A stretch of 64,000 nt of DNA from Candidatus Poseidoniaceae archaeon (GCA_028353405.1 JAOMOG010000004.1:8722-72721), one strand, 5' to 3'. Shown: positions 9,169-18,265, counted from the first letter of the stretch. Program-made: numbers and translations. Notes: generated from the letters alone by a model not told the origin.

Positions 9169-9963
9169 TCACTCAAACGGATCAATCTGGACAATTTGTT
9201 CTACATCAATTCGCTTCAATCCTGCTTCACGAGCTACATATGCTGCTTTGGCTAGCATATTTCTCATCCAGCCCAAAGACATCAAAGTCTTCATCTGATT
9301 AATCGATTCAATGAATTGAACCGGATTGCCACCCAATTGGGCATGCTTTCTTATTTTTGATTCTAAATCTTCAATGACCATGTAATATGTGTCAACCAAT
9401 TCATCTACTGCATCATTAGTAACAGGCATTCTTGCATGCGTTTTGGCTAGTGACATCAAAGAAGAATGGGTCAAAACACCACCACCTTGTGATATTGTAA
9501 ATTCTTCTGTTTCAACCTGGGGAGTAATTGTAATTGAGTCTGAATCTTCTTCACTAAGGTCTAGGCCAGAAATCGCAATTTCTAGATGTCGCGGTTTTAT
9601 TGTTGCTACACGGTCCTTTGTAGCTGCAGCTTCTGCATGCTTTATCAGAATTGATAGATGGGTCTCAACCTGTTCTATGCCCGCCTGAACGGCAGCCGAA
9701 CCTACCGATTCGATATTCCCTAACTGTTCGATCATCAATTCTCGAGTTCTATTGTAATTCAAGCGAGTTCGTTTTGGATCATCTAATGTTTTCCTCTCAG
9801 GGTCTTGAGTCAGTGTTTCAGATTCCATTAGGGGGACTATACGAGCGATTTCAGTACAGGAAAGTTCAACCAAAGTTTGTTTGACATCACCGGATAAACG
9901 CATGTCAGTAAAATTACTTGCAACAGCACCAATGTGTCCTGACGAGTATGGCTTGGCTGGCAT
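9169..9963 (-). CDS. Hypothetical protein with two histone-fold-like halves (candidate tandem histone-fold protein)
   Basis: ORF 9169-10029; I prefer the ATG at 9963 (MPAKPYSSG...). The segments ...AEAAATKDRVATIKPRHLEIAISGL and ...AAYVAREAGLKRIDVEQIVQI resemble the alpha2-L2-alpha3 end of archaeal histones. MRLSGDVKQTLVEL and ARMPVTNDAVDELV resemble the L1/alpha2 start. Confidence 0.4.
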   Translation of the reverse strand: MPAKPYSSGHIGAVASNFTDMRLSGDVKQTLVELSCTEIARIVPLMESETLTQDPERKTLDDPKRTRLNYNRTRELMIEQLGNIESVGSAAVQAGIEQVETHLSILIKHAEAAATKDRVATIKPRHLEIAISGLDLSEEDSDSITITPQVETEEFTISQGGGVLTHSSLMSLAKTHARMPVTNDAVDELVDTYYMVIEDLESKIRKHAQLGGNPVQFIESINQMKTLMSLGWMRNMLAKAAYVAREAGLKRIDVEQIVQIDPFE

Positions 9964-10150
9964 ATTGGACTGTCCCCGCAGGTATGCCTTGAACAATGTG
10001 GTTGTTATTGTTGAATAACCCCTCTGCAATCATAAAAATGGCAGGGAATTATCAGTTCAAAGGTTCAAATATTGTTGAAATAAATAATCTATCAAGAAGA
10101 AGGGTTTTGATAAGAGCGACCCTTCGGCTTGACCTGTCGGAGGAGATGTT

Positions 10151-11242
10151 ATGGCAAAGAAGGACACATATCTTGCACTATTACGCCGTGGAATAGACAA
10201 CACCACAGCGCAGACATTAGCCGATTCAGGCTTAAAAATCGGTGATTTAAAGAAAATCGACAAAGATATGTTGGTGGAGAATTATGGGCTCAAGCCAGAT
10301 ATCGCTCAAGGTGTTATTGAAATCATCACCGCAGGCCACACATCACATGGCGCAGAAAGATATCTATCCAAGGTTCTTGCACCGGAGAGAAAGCAAGAAT
10401 CAAAGATTGAAGAAATCAAATTCAAGCGTGAGAGAAAGGACGTTCTTACCGAATTAGCAGAACAAAAGGAACGTCTTAAACTCGCTAAAGTTGAAGCATT
10501 TAGAGAACAGAAACTTGTAATGAATCGACTTGGTAAGACAATTGAATTAATCGTAAAGTTGGAGAACAACTTGTATGATGAGGATAAGAAAGACCAGAAA
10601 GTCAAAATCCGTGACCAATTAGAAACAAGAGGTTTAGAGGCTGCAAGAGATCACGAAATGCTTGATTTGGAAGGAACACCTCAAGATATTGTAGATTTCC
10701 GACGCAATCATGTTCCAGGTTTGATTTTCCACGCATGCTCAGAATGCGGCGATGAAATGGACCCTAGGCAAGCTAGAGATACTGATAAAATGGACGAATG
10801 GGTTTTGATCTGTTGGGAATGTGAAACAAGCTTCGTTCCAGTTTTAGCCGCAATGGTGGAGGAAAGACTCTCCAATGGAACTAGAATCATTATCGATGAA
10901 GAAGCAGGACCACGTAATCCTGTACCTCCAAAGCCGGCAAGTTTGGACTTTACTACAGTCAACAAACAAATCATGCAGGATTTGGAAGAGACCGGTGCTT
11001 CTGCAGATGAGATCTCTAAGGCGGTTGAAGCGAGTGACCTCGTTGGTGGATTAATGGAAATTAATGACTGGATTGACAAGAAACTCGATGCTAAGGATTA
11101 CATCCAAGCTCAAGAAGATCGTGAAGATTTCATTCTTAGAACAGGTGCAGGTGCAACTAAGTTCAACAAATGGATGAAGAAGGCTGGTTTGTTCTTCAAT
11201 AAGCAGACTGGACGTTGGACTCGCCACAAGGATGTTCGTTGA
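10151..11242 (+). CDS. Hypothetical protein: HhH-like N-terminus, charged coiled-coil, CxxC...CxxC zinc ribbon
   Basis: 363 aa with GGAGGAG upstream of the ATG. The N-terminus is LLRRGIDNTTAQTLADSGLKIGDLKKIDKDMLVENYGLKPDIAQGVIEII. The middle is E/K-rich. The zinc-ribbon region is CSECGDEM...CWECETSF. Confidence 0.5.
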   Translation: MAKKDTYLALLRRGIDNTTAQTLADSGLKIGDLKKIDKDMLVENYGLKPDIAQGVIEIITAGHTSHGAERYLSKVLAPERKQESKIEEIKFKRERKDVLTELAEQKERLKLAKVEAFREQKLVMNRLGKTIELIVKLENNLYDEDKKDQKVKIRDQLETRGLEAARDHEMLDLEGTPQDIVDFRRNHVPGLIFHACSECGDEMDPRQARDTDKMDEWVLICWECETSFVPVLAAMVEERLSNGTRIIIDEEAGPRNPVPPKPASLDFTTVNKQIMQDLEETGASADEISKAVEASDLVGGLMEINDWIDKKLDAKDYIQAQEDREDFILRTGAGATKFNKWMKKAGLFFNKQTGRWTRHKDVR

Positions 11243-11251
11243 GGTGGATTT

Positions 11252-11596
11252 ATGTCCGCAGGGACAGTATCAGCAGAAGTGGGTTTTGGCACACTTGATT
11301 ATGAAGGCGAACCAGTGATTAGGTTCTTACGCGGAATGCACTTGATGGGACAGACTCCATATGTTGAAGGGAAAACATTGGTTGAACATGCCGTTGAAGC
11401 CGGAGTTGAAATTCCAACGAATTGTAAATCAGGTACTTGTGGTTCATGTATGGTTACATTGCTGATGGGCGAGGTACCATTACCATCTCCTCTTCCTCCT
11501 GGCTTAGATGATTTTTTAGTTGATGAAGGTGCAATATTAGGCTGTATTGGATTGCCAAGAGGCGACGTTGATATCGATCTAAGGCCGCCGATTTGA
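11252..11596 (+). CDS. Plant-type [2Fe-2S] ferredoxin
   Basis: 114 aa. NCKSGTCGSCMVTLLMGEV...LGC (C-x4-C-x2-C...C). GAGGTGG lies upstream of the ATG. Confidence 0.8.
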   Translation: MSAGTVSAEVGFGTLDYEGEPVIRFLRGMHLMGQTPYVEGKTLVEHAVEAGVEIPTNCKSGTCGSCMVTLLMGEVPLPSPLPPGLDDFLVDEGAILGCIGLPRGDVDIDLRPPI

Positions 11597-11605
11597 GGTG
11601 AAATA

Positions 11606-11785
11606 ATGTTTGAGGAATGGGGACTAGAAGAATGGATTATACTTCCTTTTCTAGTGATTGCAGTAGCCATAATTATCTGGTTTCTAAAGCGAAAAATACA
11701 GAGAAAGTTTGACGAAATTGAATTGAGACACCAATTTGAAGCACGCAGAAAAAGACAGCAGCGGTTATTATTAGAGTCGGAATGA
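11606..11785 (+). CDS. Small hypothetical single-pass membrane protein (59 aa, below the ORF-track cutoff)
   Basis: My translation is MFEEWGLEEWIILPFLVIAVAIIIWFLKRKIQRKFDEIELRHQFEARRKRQQRLLLESE. GAGGTG lies 8 nt upstream, and the ORF starts 10 nt after the ferredoxin stop. Confidence 0.35.
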   Translation: MFEEWGLEEWIILPFLVIAVAIIIWFLKRKIQRKFDEIELRHQFEARRKRQQRLLLESE

Positions 11786-11882
11786 TTCAAAGTGTGTTAG
11801 AAATTATTTCTTCAGTCTTGTTGTTAGTGATACAGTGATTGATATACTTGAGCCATTTAGCCTCGTTTGAGGGATATAATAC

Positions 11883-12410
11883 ATGGGAAATATGATTGGA
11901 AAGCCGGCTCCTGAATGGAAAACAACTGCATGCGTGAATGGTGAAAAGAAAGTAGTATCTTCTACTGACTATGTAGGAAAGTGGCACCTAATTTATTGGT
12001 ACCCACTTGATTTCACCTTTATCTGCCCAACAGAAATCGTTGGTTTTGAAGCTCTAAAAGACGAGTTTGCTGATGATGGAATCGAAGTAATCGGTTGTTC
12101 TACTGATTCATACTTCTCACACTCTGCATGGTTTGCTGACAAAGAGATTTTCCCACAAGGTGTTACTCACACAGTTCTTGCAGATACTACACATCAAGTA
12201 ACAAATGGATTCGGAATGATGAACGATGCCTTAGGTGTTGGATTCCGTGGCTGTGTTTTGGTTGATGATGAAGGTAAAGTTCAGATGTGGTCAATTAACA
12301 ATATGGATGCAGGAAGATCACCTTCAGAAGTACTACGTACCTGTCAAGCAACAATGGTTGGCGGACTTTGTGGTGCAAACTGGAAGAAAGGCGACAATTT
12401 CGCTGCTTGA
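11883..12410 (+). CDS. Peroxiredoxin (AhpC/TSA family, 2-Cys type)
   Basis: 175 aa. Motifs: WHLIYWYPLDFTFICPTEI and SHSAW. Confidence 0.9.
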   Translation: MGNMIGKPAPEWKTTACVNGEKKVVSSTDYVGKWHLIYWYPLDFTFICPTEIVGFEALKDEFADDGIEVIGCSTDSYFSHSAWFADKEIFPQGVTHTVLADTTHQVTNGFGMMNDALGVGFRGCVLVDDEGKVQMWSINNMDAGRSPSEVLRTCQATMVGGLCGANWKKGDNFAA

Positions 12411-12440
12411 TTTTTCAAATCAATCGCAATAGGTGATTCA

Positions 12441-12779
12441 TTGACTGAATTAGAACTTCTCGGCAGAGGTGACTGGGAAGAATTCCTCTCTGCTCCTCTA
12501 GCAGTATTGGTACTTGGCAAAAACGGCTGTGCCGCTTGCGAACAGTGGGCTTTAGATTTACAAGAATGGTTTGAGTCTGGTCAAGCACCCGAAGAGGCAA
12601 AATTTGGGAAATTAATTCTCGATACTCCTGGCCTTGGACGTTTCAAAATAGCCCATCCTTGGGTTTCAGAAGTTGATGTCTTACCATATAATGCGATATA
12701 TGTTGATGGTGAAAGAGTCAAAGAATGGGCTGGTGGAAATATATCTCGCCTAACAAACCGCTTGAATCGATATCTTTGA
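12441..12779 (+). CDS. Thioredoxin-fold protein with a CAAC redox motif
   Basis: 112 aa with LVLGKNGCAACEQW. TTG start with AGGTGA 4 nt upstream. It sits directly downstream of the peroxiredoxin. Confidence 0.5.
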   Translation: MTELELLGRGDWEEFLSAPLAVLVLGKNGCAACEQWALDLQEWFESGQAPEEAKFGKLILDTPGLGRFKIAHPWVSEVDVLPYNAIYVDGERVKEWAGGNISRLTNRLNRYL

Positions 12780-12832
12780 AATGAGTTTCCAAATATAACT
12801 TAGGTCGTGATTTTATTCTCGGACAATCCGTT

Positions 12833-13651
12833 TTGATTTCTGCTCTATTCGCAGGAATTGTAGCCACACTAGTGACGGTGGCGATAGAAAAATGGGGAGG
12901 GCTAACCGGTGGTATATTAGGAACAGTTCCTTCAACAATTGTCCCTGCAGCTGCTGGAATGTATTTGGCTGGAGGAGAAGCTGCATTGATTGAAAGTATG
13001 GCGATAATTCCGCTTGGAATGCTTGTCAATGGTCTCTTTTTGACAGTATGGATTATTCTCCCACCACTTCTCTCACAAAGAAAAAGGCCTCTAACCATCA
13101 CCACGATTTCAGCATTATTAATTTGGACTTTTAGTGCAATTATTATGTTAAAAATCGCGAGTATTGCATTAGGGGAGAATCTATCGGCAATTAATTTAGG
13201 ATTTATTGGTCTGTTTTTGCTGATATTGTTATCTGTAATTATAAATTGGAAAAATACAGAAACACCGAAAGGAAAACATCCAGTTTCTATTTTTGTCTTA
13301 ATATGTAGGGGATTAGCCGCTGCAATCGCTATTGGTTTTGCAGTTTGGCTATCAGGGCAAGGTCAACCATTGATCGCTGGTATAGCGGCAGTATTCCCTG
13401 CAATTTTCTTAACCAGCATGGTGGCATTATGGATGGCGCAAGGTCCAACAGTACCTCGTGGTGCAGCAGGACCGATGATGTTAGGGGGTGCAAGTGTCGC
13501 AGTATATGCGATAGTCAGTATCTGGTCATTACCTGAATTTGGGGTGCTTATCGGTTCTATCATCGCATGGCTTATCGCAGTAATTGGATGGTCGGTACCA
13601 GCATTTATTGTGCTAAGTAAGCGTAATTCAATTACCGATTCAGTATCCTAG
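12833..13651 (+). CDS. Hypothetical polytopic membrane protein (about 8 TM, apparent internal duplication)
   Basis: 272 aa, almost entirely hydrophobic helices. TTG start, so the start is uncertain. Confidence 0.5.
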   Translation: MISALFAGIVATLVTVAIEKWGGLTGGILGTVPSTIVPAAAGMYLAGGEAALIESMAIIPLGMLVNGLFLTVWIILPPLLSQRKRPLTITTISALLIWTFSAIIMLKIASIALGENLSAINLGFIGLFLLILLSVIINWKNTETPKGKHPVSIFVLICRGLAAAIAIGFAVWLSGQGQPLIAGIAAVFPAIFLTSMVALWMAQGPTVPRGAAGPMMLGGASVAVYAIVSIWSLPEFGVLIGSIIAWLIAVIGWSVPAFIVLSKRNSITDSVS

Positions 13652-13931
13652 TCCAGCGTTCAGAAGCGGGTACATCGACAATAGTGAATTGTACAAAAGT
13701 CACACCCTTCACTTCACAAATCTTCTTGCGTAATGAATCTAAATCCAAAAGGCAGCAAGGGCAATGCGGTCGTGATGGTTTTATTGTGAGATTAGTTTCA
13801 CCATCTTCTGCGATATCTATTGCTTGAATGATATCTGATTGTGTCAATCCAACCGATTGGTGCGGGTCTTTCCAATCGGATAATAAACGAACAACACGAC
13901 GTTTTAAGGCGTTATGTTTTCGTTTAGACAT
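13632..13931 (-). CDS. DUF59/MIP18-like (Fe-S cluster assembly-associated) small protein
   Basis: 99 aa. The pattern ...DPHQSVGLTQSDIIQAI...NLTIKPSRPHCPCC...VKGVTFVQFTIVDVPASERW matches the DUF59 layout (DP..., T.P.CP, ...P.W). Confidence 0.45.
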   Translation of the reverse strand: MSKRKHNALKRRVVRLLSDWKDPHQSVGLTQSDIIQAIDIAEDGETNLTIKPSRPHCPCCLLDLDSLRKKICEVKGVTFVQFTIVDVPASERWTRILNR

Positions 13932-13939
13932 CTAAATCC

Positions 13940-14152
13940 TTATCCTTTAATCTTTGAATTAATTTCTTCTAAACTAAGTTCGGCGAGGCGGCCTTCAGCA
14001 GCATCTAACTCATGTTGACAAACCTTCAGTAATGCCGCCCCTTCTTCAAACATCGCCAATGTTTCATCAAGACTTTTTCCTCCTTTCTCTAATTCAGAAA
14101 CTATAGTTTCCAATCTAGATACCGCTTCATTATAACTTATTTTTTCACTCAT
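13940..14152 (-). CDS. xseB: Exodeoxyribonuclease VII small subunit
   Basis: 70 aa. SYNEAVSRLETIVSELEKGGKSLDETLAMFEEGAALLKVCQHELDAAEGRL. There is a 4-nt overlap with xseA. Confidence 0.8.
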   Translation of the reverse strand: MSEKISYNEAVSRLETIVSELEKGGKSLDETLAMFEEGAALLKVCQHELDAAEGRLAELSLEEINSKIKG

Positions 14153-15408
14153 TTTTCATCACTCTCAATAATTTCCTTGATGTCAGCAAGCGCTGATCCA
14201 TCTGCAAAAGTCATAGTAATTTCTTGTCCTGAAGAAATATTCTTTACACTACTCAGAACCTCTCCATACTTTGTTTGCGCCATTGAATAACCTCTTTCAA
14301 GTACGCGCTTTGGATGTGATGATTGTAGTATCGCTCCGATATGAGTCAGCCGAGCCTTTTCACCGGAAAGCATTCTTTGGGCAGAACCCTTGATACGCAT
14401 TTCCATGCCATTCAATCTGTCCTTAGCCTTTGACAATCCTGCTAATGGCGCCAAACGTAATCTAGCTGTAAGTGAAACTAGATGTTGGCGAGATTCTCCA
14501 AATCTTCGCAATACTGAATTTTCAAGCCGCCCCTCGATATCATCAAGCCACATCAACAAAGAACTCTTTTCTGGTACGCATCGTTCGATGGCATCCGAAG
14601 GGGTGGAGGCACGTAAATCTGCTACCAAATCGGAAACTAACATATCAGATTCATGCCCGATGGCAGATATTACCGGTACTGGGCTGGCAATAATTGCGCG
14701 AGCCACCGCTTCAAGATTGAATGCCCACAAATCTTCTGGCGAACCTCCACCGCGAGCGACAATAATCAAATCAACAATAGGTTGTTGTAATTTTTTTGCA
14801 ATTTCGGGTTTACACATTTCTCTCGCAGTGGCTAATGCTTGGCAAATTTCAGAAGCCGAATTATCTCCTTGAACAGTTACCCCGAGGATTGTTCGGCGTA
14901 GCCCAGGCCAACGGTTTTCAATCAATCTCTGCATATCGGATAATGCAGCTGAAGCAGAGCCGGTGATGATAACAATGTGTTTTGGAATTAGTGGAATCGG
15001 CAGACGTACTCTATCGAGTGAACCATCATCACGTAGTTCGCCAATCAACTTTCGTCGGGTTTCTTCCAATGCTCCAACACTACTAATCGGTTCAATTTTT
15101 TCAACATTAAGAGTCATGCTCCCTCTTGGAGCATAGATGTCAATACTGGCGATAACAACAACTTCACTTCCATTCTTTATCGTACTATCAATATGGCATC
15201 TATTCTTCCAAATAGCACAATTCATTTGCCCTTGGTCATCTCTTAGATCAAAATAAGTATGTCCAGAACGCGCAAGTTTCATCCCACTGACTTCACCTTT
15301 CAATACTTGATGTTGAAACAAAGGGTCTCGTTTCAAAGTAGATTTTACTAAAGCAACAAATTGACCGATGGGGATTGGGCCTGTAGTAACCTCGGCACCC
15401 CTTGACAT
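14149..15408 (-). CDS. xseA: Exodeoxyribonuclease VII large subunit
   Basis: N-terminal OB-fold region (VLKGEVSGMKLARSGHTYFDLRD), then IIVARGGGSPEDLWAFN and a helical C-terminus. The ATG at 15408 is preferred; the track starts at the TTG at 15438. Confidence 0.85.
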   Translation of the reverse strand: MSRGAEVTTGPIPIGQFVALVKSTLKRDPLFQHQVLKGEVSGMKLARSGHTYFDLRDDQGQMNCAIWKNRCHIDSTIKNGSEVVVIASIDIYAPRGSMTLNVEKIEPISSVGALEETRRKLIGELRDDGSLDRVRLPIPLIPKHIVIITGSASAALSDMQRLIENRWPGLRRTILGVTVQGDNSASEICQALATAREMCKPEIAKKLQQPIVDLIIVARGGGSPEDLWAFNLEAVARAIIASPVPVISAIGHESDMLVSDLVADLRASTPSDAIERCVPEKSSLLMWLDDIEGRLENSVLRRFGESRQHLVSLTARLRLAPLAGLSKAKDRLNGMEMRIKGSAQRMLSGEKARLTHIGAILQSSHPKRVLERGYSMAQTKYGEVLSSVKNISSGQEITMTFADGSALADIKEIIESDEK

Positions 15409-15457
15409 ATTAGTGACAATAAGCCAATGGTTCTTCAACTATCGGTTGAAAATTGAT

Positions 15458-16459
15458 TCACTTCTTGGTGAAGGTATTCAACCAACCACGACGCCAAAAC
15501 ATTGTCAACATCAATATTGCGAATACGGTCATCATACTGATTATACCCCAAAACCCACCAACCTGATCTAGAGGCAAGTCATTATTGTTCATACCGAAGA
15601 TTCCAGCGATTAATGTCAATGGAAGCATAATCGCACCGATTATTGTTAGTGTTGTCATGACTTCAGTTAATTGTGCATTAGATTGTGATAATTCCATTGA
15701 GATATTGGAAAGATACGTGTCTCTTGTTGAAGTTGCACCTGCAGAATAGTTGTTGGCTCTCTTTACTAATGCGGTACAGAGTTGGTTCAGATCGGAGAAG
15801 TAGATTGCCACTCCAGCAGAGATTAGTTTCAACTTTTGATTTTGCATTCGCAAAGTAACGGTATGAAGAGATTCAATCGATTTACTCGCTTCACGAAGTT
15901 GTCGCTTCAAATTATGCAACCCTTCCAGTAAGTTCTCATATTGTTTCTGAGGGTCGAAAACACAAAACTCCAATTCATCTAAAGTTTTTGAATAGCGTCC
16001 TAGAATCGGTTGCCAGTCATCAGCAATAGCATCTAATATCTCATACAGTAAAAAATCAATTCCAAGTGCGAGTTCTTCCTCTTCAGCTTCCTTGAATCTC
16101 CGACGGAATTTCATTAGAGCAGGAATACTTGTATGTCGTACAGTAATTATCAAATCATTGGTTATAAAAATCGCAACCGGTTCAGTGTCTAGTTGATTGT
16201 CAGCATCACGTGCATTAACAACGACGAAACGATGGTTACTAAATTTCATTGCAGTAGTATCTGCGTGTCCAAAAATATCTTCAACTGCAAGTTCATCAAA
16301 GTGCATTACATTGAGCAAAAAGTCCTTCACTGAATTATCAGGCTTCTTGATATCTAGCCACGCTAAACCCTTGCCTTCGATAGCATCAACTATCGTTTCA
16401 AGGGTGAAGGCTTCAGTATCAATGATACCAGAAGCCGTCTGTAAACGCAACTCGGACAT
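15458..16459 (-). CDS. corA: CorA-family magnesium/cobalt transporter
   Basis: GMN motif (IAGIFGMNNN) between two C-terminal TM helices. The ATG at 16459 is chosen because the longer track ORF (to 16606) overlaps ksgA. Confidence 0.85.
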   Translation of the reverse strand: MSELRLQTASGIIDTEAFTLETIVDAIEGKGLAWLDIKKPDNSVKDFLLNVMHFDELAVEDIFGHADTTAMKFSNHRFVVVNARDADNQLDTEPVAIFITNDLIITVRHTSIPALMKFRRRFKEAEEEELALGIDFLLYEILDAIADDWQPILGRYSKTLDELEFCVFDPQKQYENLLEGLHNLKRQLREASKSIESLHTVTLRMQNQKLKLISAGVAIYFSDLNQLCTALVKRANNYSAGATSTRDTYLSNISMELSQSNAQLTEVMTTLTIIGAIMLPLTLIAGIFGMNNNDLPLDQVGGFWGIISMMTVFAILMLTMFWRRGWLNTFTKK

Positions 16460-16508
16460 TATTCTGCGGTGCGCCGCCTCTCTTCTAACAGTTGCGTGGA
16501 TAGAAAAT

Positions 16509-17384
16509 TTACTCTTCTTCGCCAAAGGAAGAAAAATCATTTGCCAACTGTAGCCAGTCATCAAATTCAAACTCTTCCGGTCTAGCATCCATTCTTTCAT
16601 CTTCAATAAATGCAGAATATGCCGCTTTCCATCTAGAAGAATGCCACCCAGGTAGGCGATTCAATCTTTTCGGCGCACGCTTTAAGGTTGAACGTAATTT
16701 CTTCCTTCTCTCTGCAAATCCAGCATGAATTAGCAATCGTACAAGTCGTTTGTCACAAGGAAATTCCTCTTGCTGAGGAGTCATGTGGATATAGCGAGAG
16801 TGAACTCTTGGATTAGGGCTGAAATTATGCGGTGCGACTTTATCTTCAATTTCACTATTCCAATCCAGTAGGGCAGTCATCCCAAGTGAACCAACATCAG
16901 ATTCGTATTCCATCACCAACCTTTCAGCAAATTCTTCTTGAACTAATACTACTACATCAGAGATTTCTTCAGTATGAGGATTTCTTAGATGGCGGGTTAG
17001 TAATTCAATCAAGGGTGATGAAATCTGATATGGGATATTTGCTACAACTTTACTCAAATCGTTAGGCCAATCTGAGATTAATGCATCACCACAAATCAAA
17101 TCTAATTGTCCAGATTTAATCTCGGGTGCGAAAGCACCACGCAAGTGATCAATAGCGACCTCATCAATTTCTATTGCTGTTAATCTACATCCAGTCTCAA
17201 GTAGAACTTCAGTAAGAACGCCAGGACCAGGACCAATCTCGAGAACATGGTCGTTTGAATTAACTTCAGCGAGTTCAACTGCACGAGATATTAGTTCGTC
17301 AGAAATCAAGTAATGTTGCCCTAATGATTTGTCAATATCTTGCTTTGCACGCAAAGAATCGACTAGCCAGCGGGCTCCTCTCAT
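16509..17384 (-). CDS. ksgA: 16S rRNA (adenine1518/1519-N6)-dimethyltransferase KsgA/Dim1
   Basis: 291 aa. Motifs: LGQHYL, VLEIGPGPGVLT, VANIPYQISSP. Confidence 0.9.
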   Translation of the reverse strand: MRGARWLVDSLRAKQDIDKSLGQHYLISDELISRAVELAEVNSNDHVLEIGPGPGVLTEVLLETGCRLTAIEIDEVAIDHLRGAFAPEIKSGQLDLICGDALISDWPNDLSKVVANIPYQISSPLIELLTRHLRNPHTEEISDVVVLVQEEFAERLVMEYESDVGSLGMTALLDWNSEIEDKVAPHNFSPNPRVHSRYIHMTPQQEEFPCDKRLVRLLIHAGFAERRKKLRSTLKRAPKRLNRLPGWHSSRWKAAYSAFIEDERMDARPEEFEFDDWLQLANDFSSFGEEE

Positions 17385-18238
17385 GCTTTCACCGGAAGCA
17401 AGAGGTCAACTAAGCGTGGTTCAATGTTTTGGTCTTCTATCTCATTGATGAAGCGCTTTGCCAGTAATTCAGCAGCATCAATATTACAGGATTGATTTAG
17501 TGCATCCATACTTTTGAATCCAGATGAACCTCTTTCTTGAACCATACTTTGTGCCTTTTTATTGCCAACACTAGGAAGAAGTTCAAACGCATGTTGTTTT
17601 AGAGAAAGGTTGCCAGCGACATTGAAAAATGACTTGACGAAATGATCAGAGTTGTCTTCAATAAATAATTGAATCACCAGTGGCATATCTTGACGAGCAA
17701 AGTTGCTCATGAGGTCAAGTTTTGCCCCTCCGACGTAGGAATCAACTTGAATTTTCTTGGATTCATCAAGTCCAATATAGATTCTATCAGTAGGGTTTAG
17801 TGGTGCAATTCCCTTCTTTGCTGAGAGTCTGCACATGAATAGTTTACCTTCTGTTATTGCAGTAATAATGCCTTCAACAGTATCGTGCTCTATGACACGA
17901 GCCCAATTTTCTCCCTCAATAGGAGAAGGTCTTTGTGGAGAGTTTCTTGAATCTTGGTTTCTTCCGCCAGAACGGTTTCCACCTCTATTATTGCCTCTTG
18001 GGTTAGAACGGTTTTGATTTCTAGCTCCTTGGCTAGTATTCCTTCCACTTTGTTTATTGTTTGAACGATTATCATTCTGTGAAGTTTCTTTCTTTATTTG
18101 CACAGGCTTCGCTTTAGGAGTCACAGGAACTGCGGCTCGCCCTTCTGCCGGTCGAGAAATATCTGTACTCTGCACTGATTCACTTTTGCTCTTACGAGCA
18201 GGAATCTTTGTTTTACGGTCACGATTAATGCCGCTCAT
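17381..18238 (-). CDS. DUF655-type predicted RNA-binding protein with a long basic low-complexity N-terminal extension
   Basis: Its position between rpoF and ksgA matches the conserved archaeal cluster. The C-terminal 180 aa are globular, with an HhH-like end (LELLPSVGNKKAQSMVQER). The N-terminal 105 aa or so are R/N/G/S/Q-rich (NRGGNRSGGRNQDSRN). Confidence 0.6.
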   Translation of the reverse strand: MSGINRDRKTKIPARKSKSESVQSTDISRPAEGRAAVPVTPKAKPVQIKKETSQNDNRSNNKQSGRNTSQGARNQNRSNPRGNNRGGNRSGGRNQDSRNSPQRPSPIEGENWARVIEHDTVEGIITAITEGKLFMCRLSAKKGIAPLNPTDRIYIGLDESKKIQVDSYVGGAKLDLMSNFARQDMPLVIQLFIEDNSDHFVKSFFNVAGNLSLKQHAFELLPSVGNKKAQSMVQERGSSGFKSMDALNQSCNIDAAELLAKRFINEIEDQNIEPRLVDLLLPVKA

Positions 18239-18265
18239 TTCAACGCCTCAGAGGTGGGTGGTAAG

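Noticed and set aside
11299-11790. 163-aa minus-strand ORF
   Set aside because: It is antisense to the well-supported 2Fe-2S ferredoxin gene and the small TM ORF. Its composition is odd (Ser/Asn/Ile-rich), and it lacks an SD or promoter context.
14390-14872. 160-aa plus-strand ORF, and the 73-aa ORF at 14472-14693
   Set aside because: Both are antisense to xseA, which has clear ExoVII large-subunit motifs. They are typical shadow ORFs.
15458-16606. Longer CorA ORF start (382 aa) given by the ORF track
   Set aside because: The extra 49 codons overlap the 3' end of ksgA by about 100 nt and add a non-CorA-like N-terminus. The internal ATG at 16459 gives a typical 333-aa CorA.
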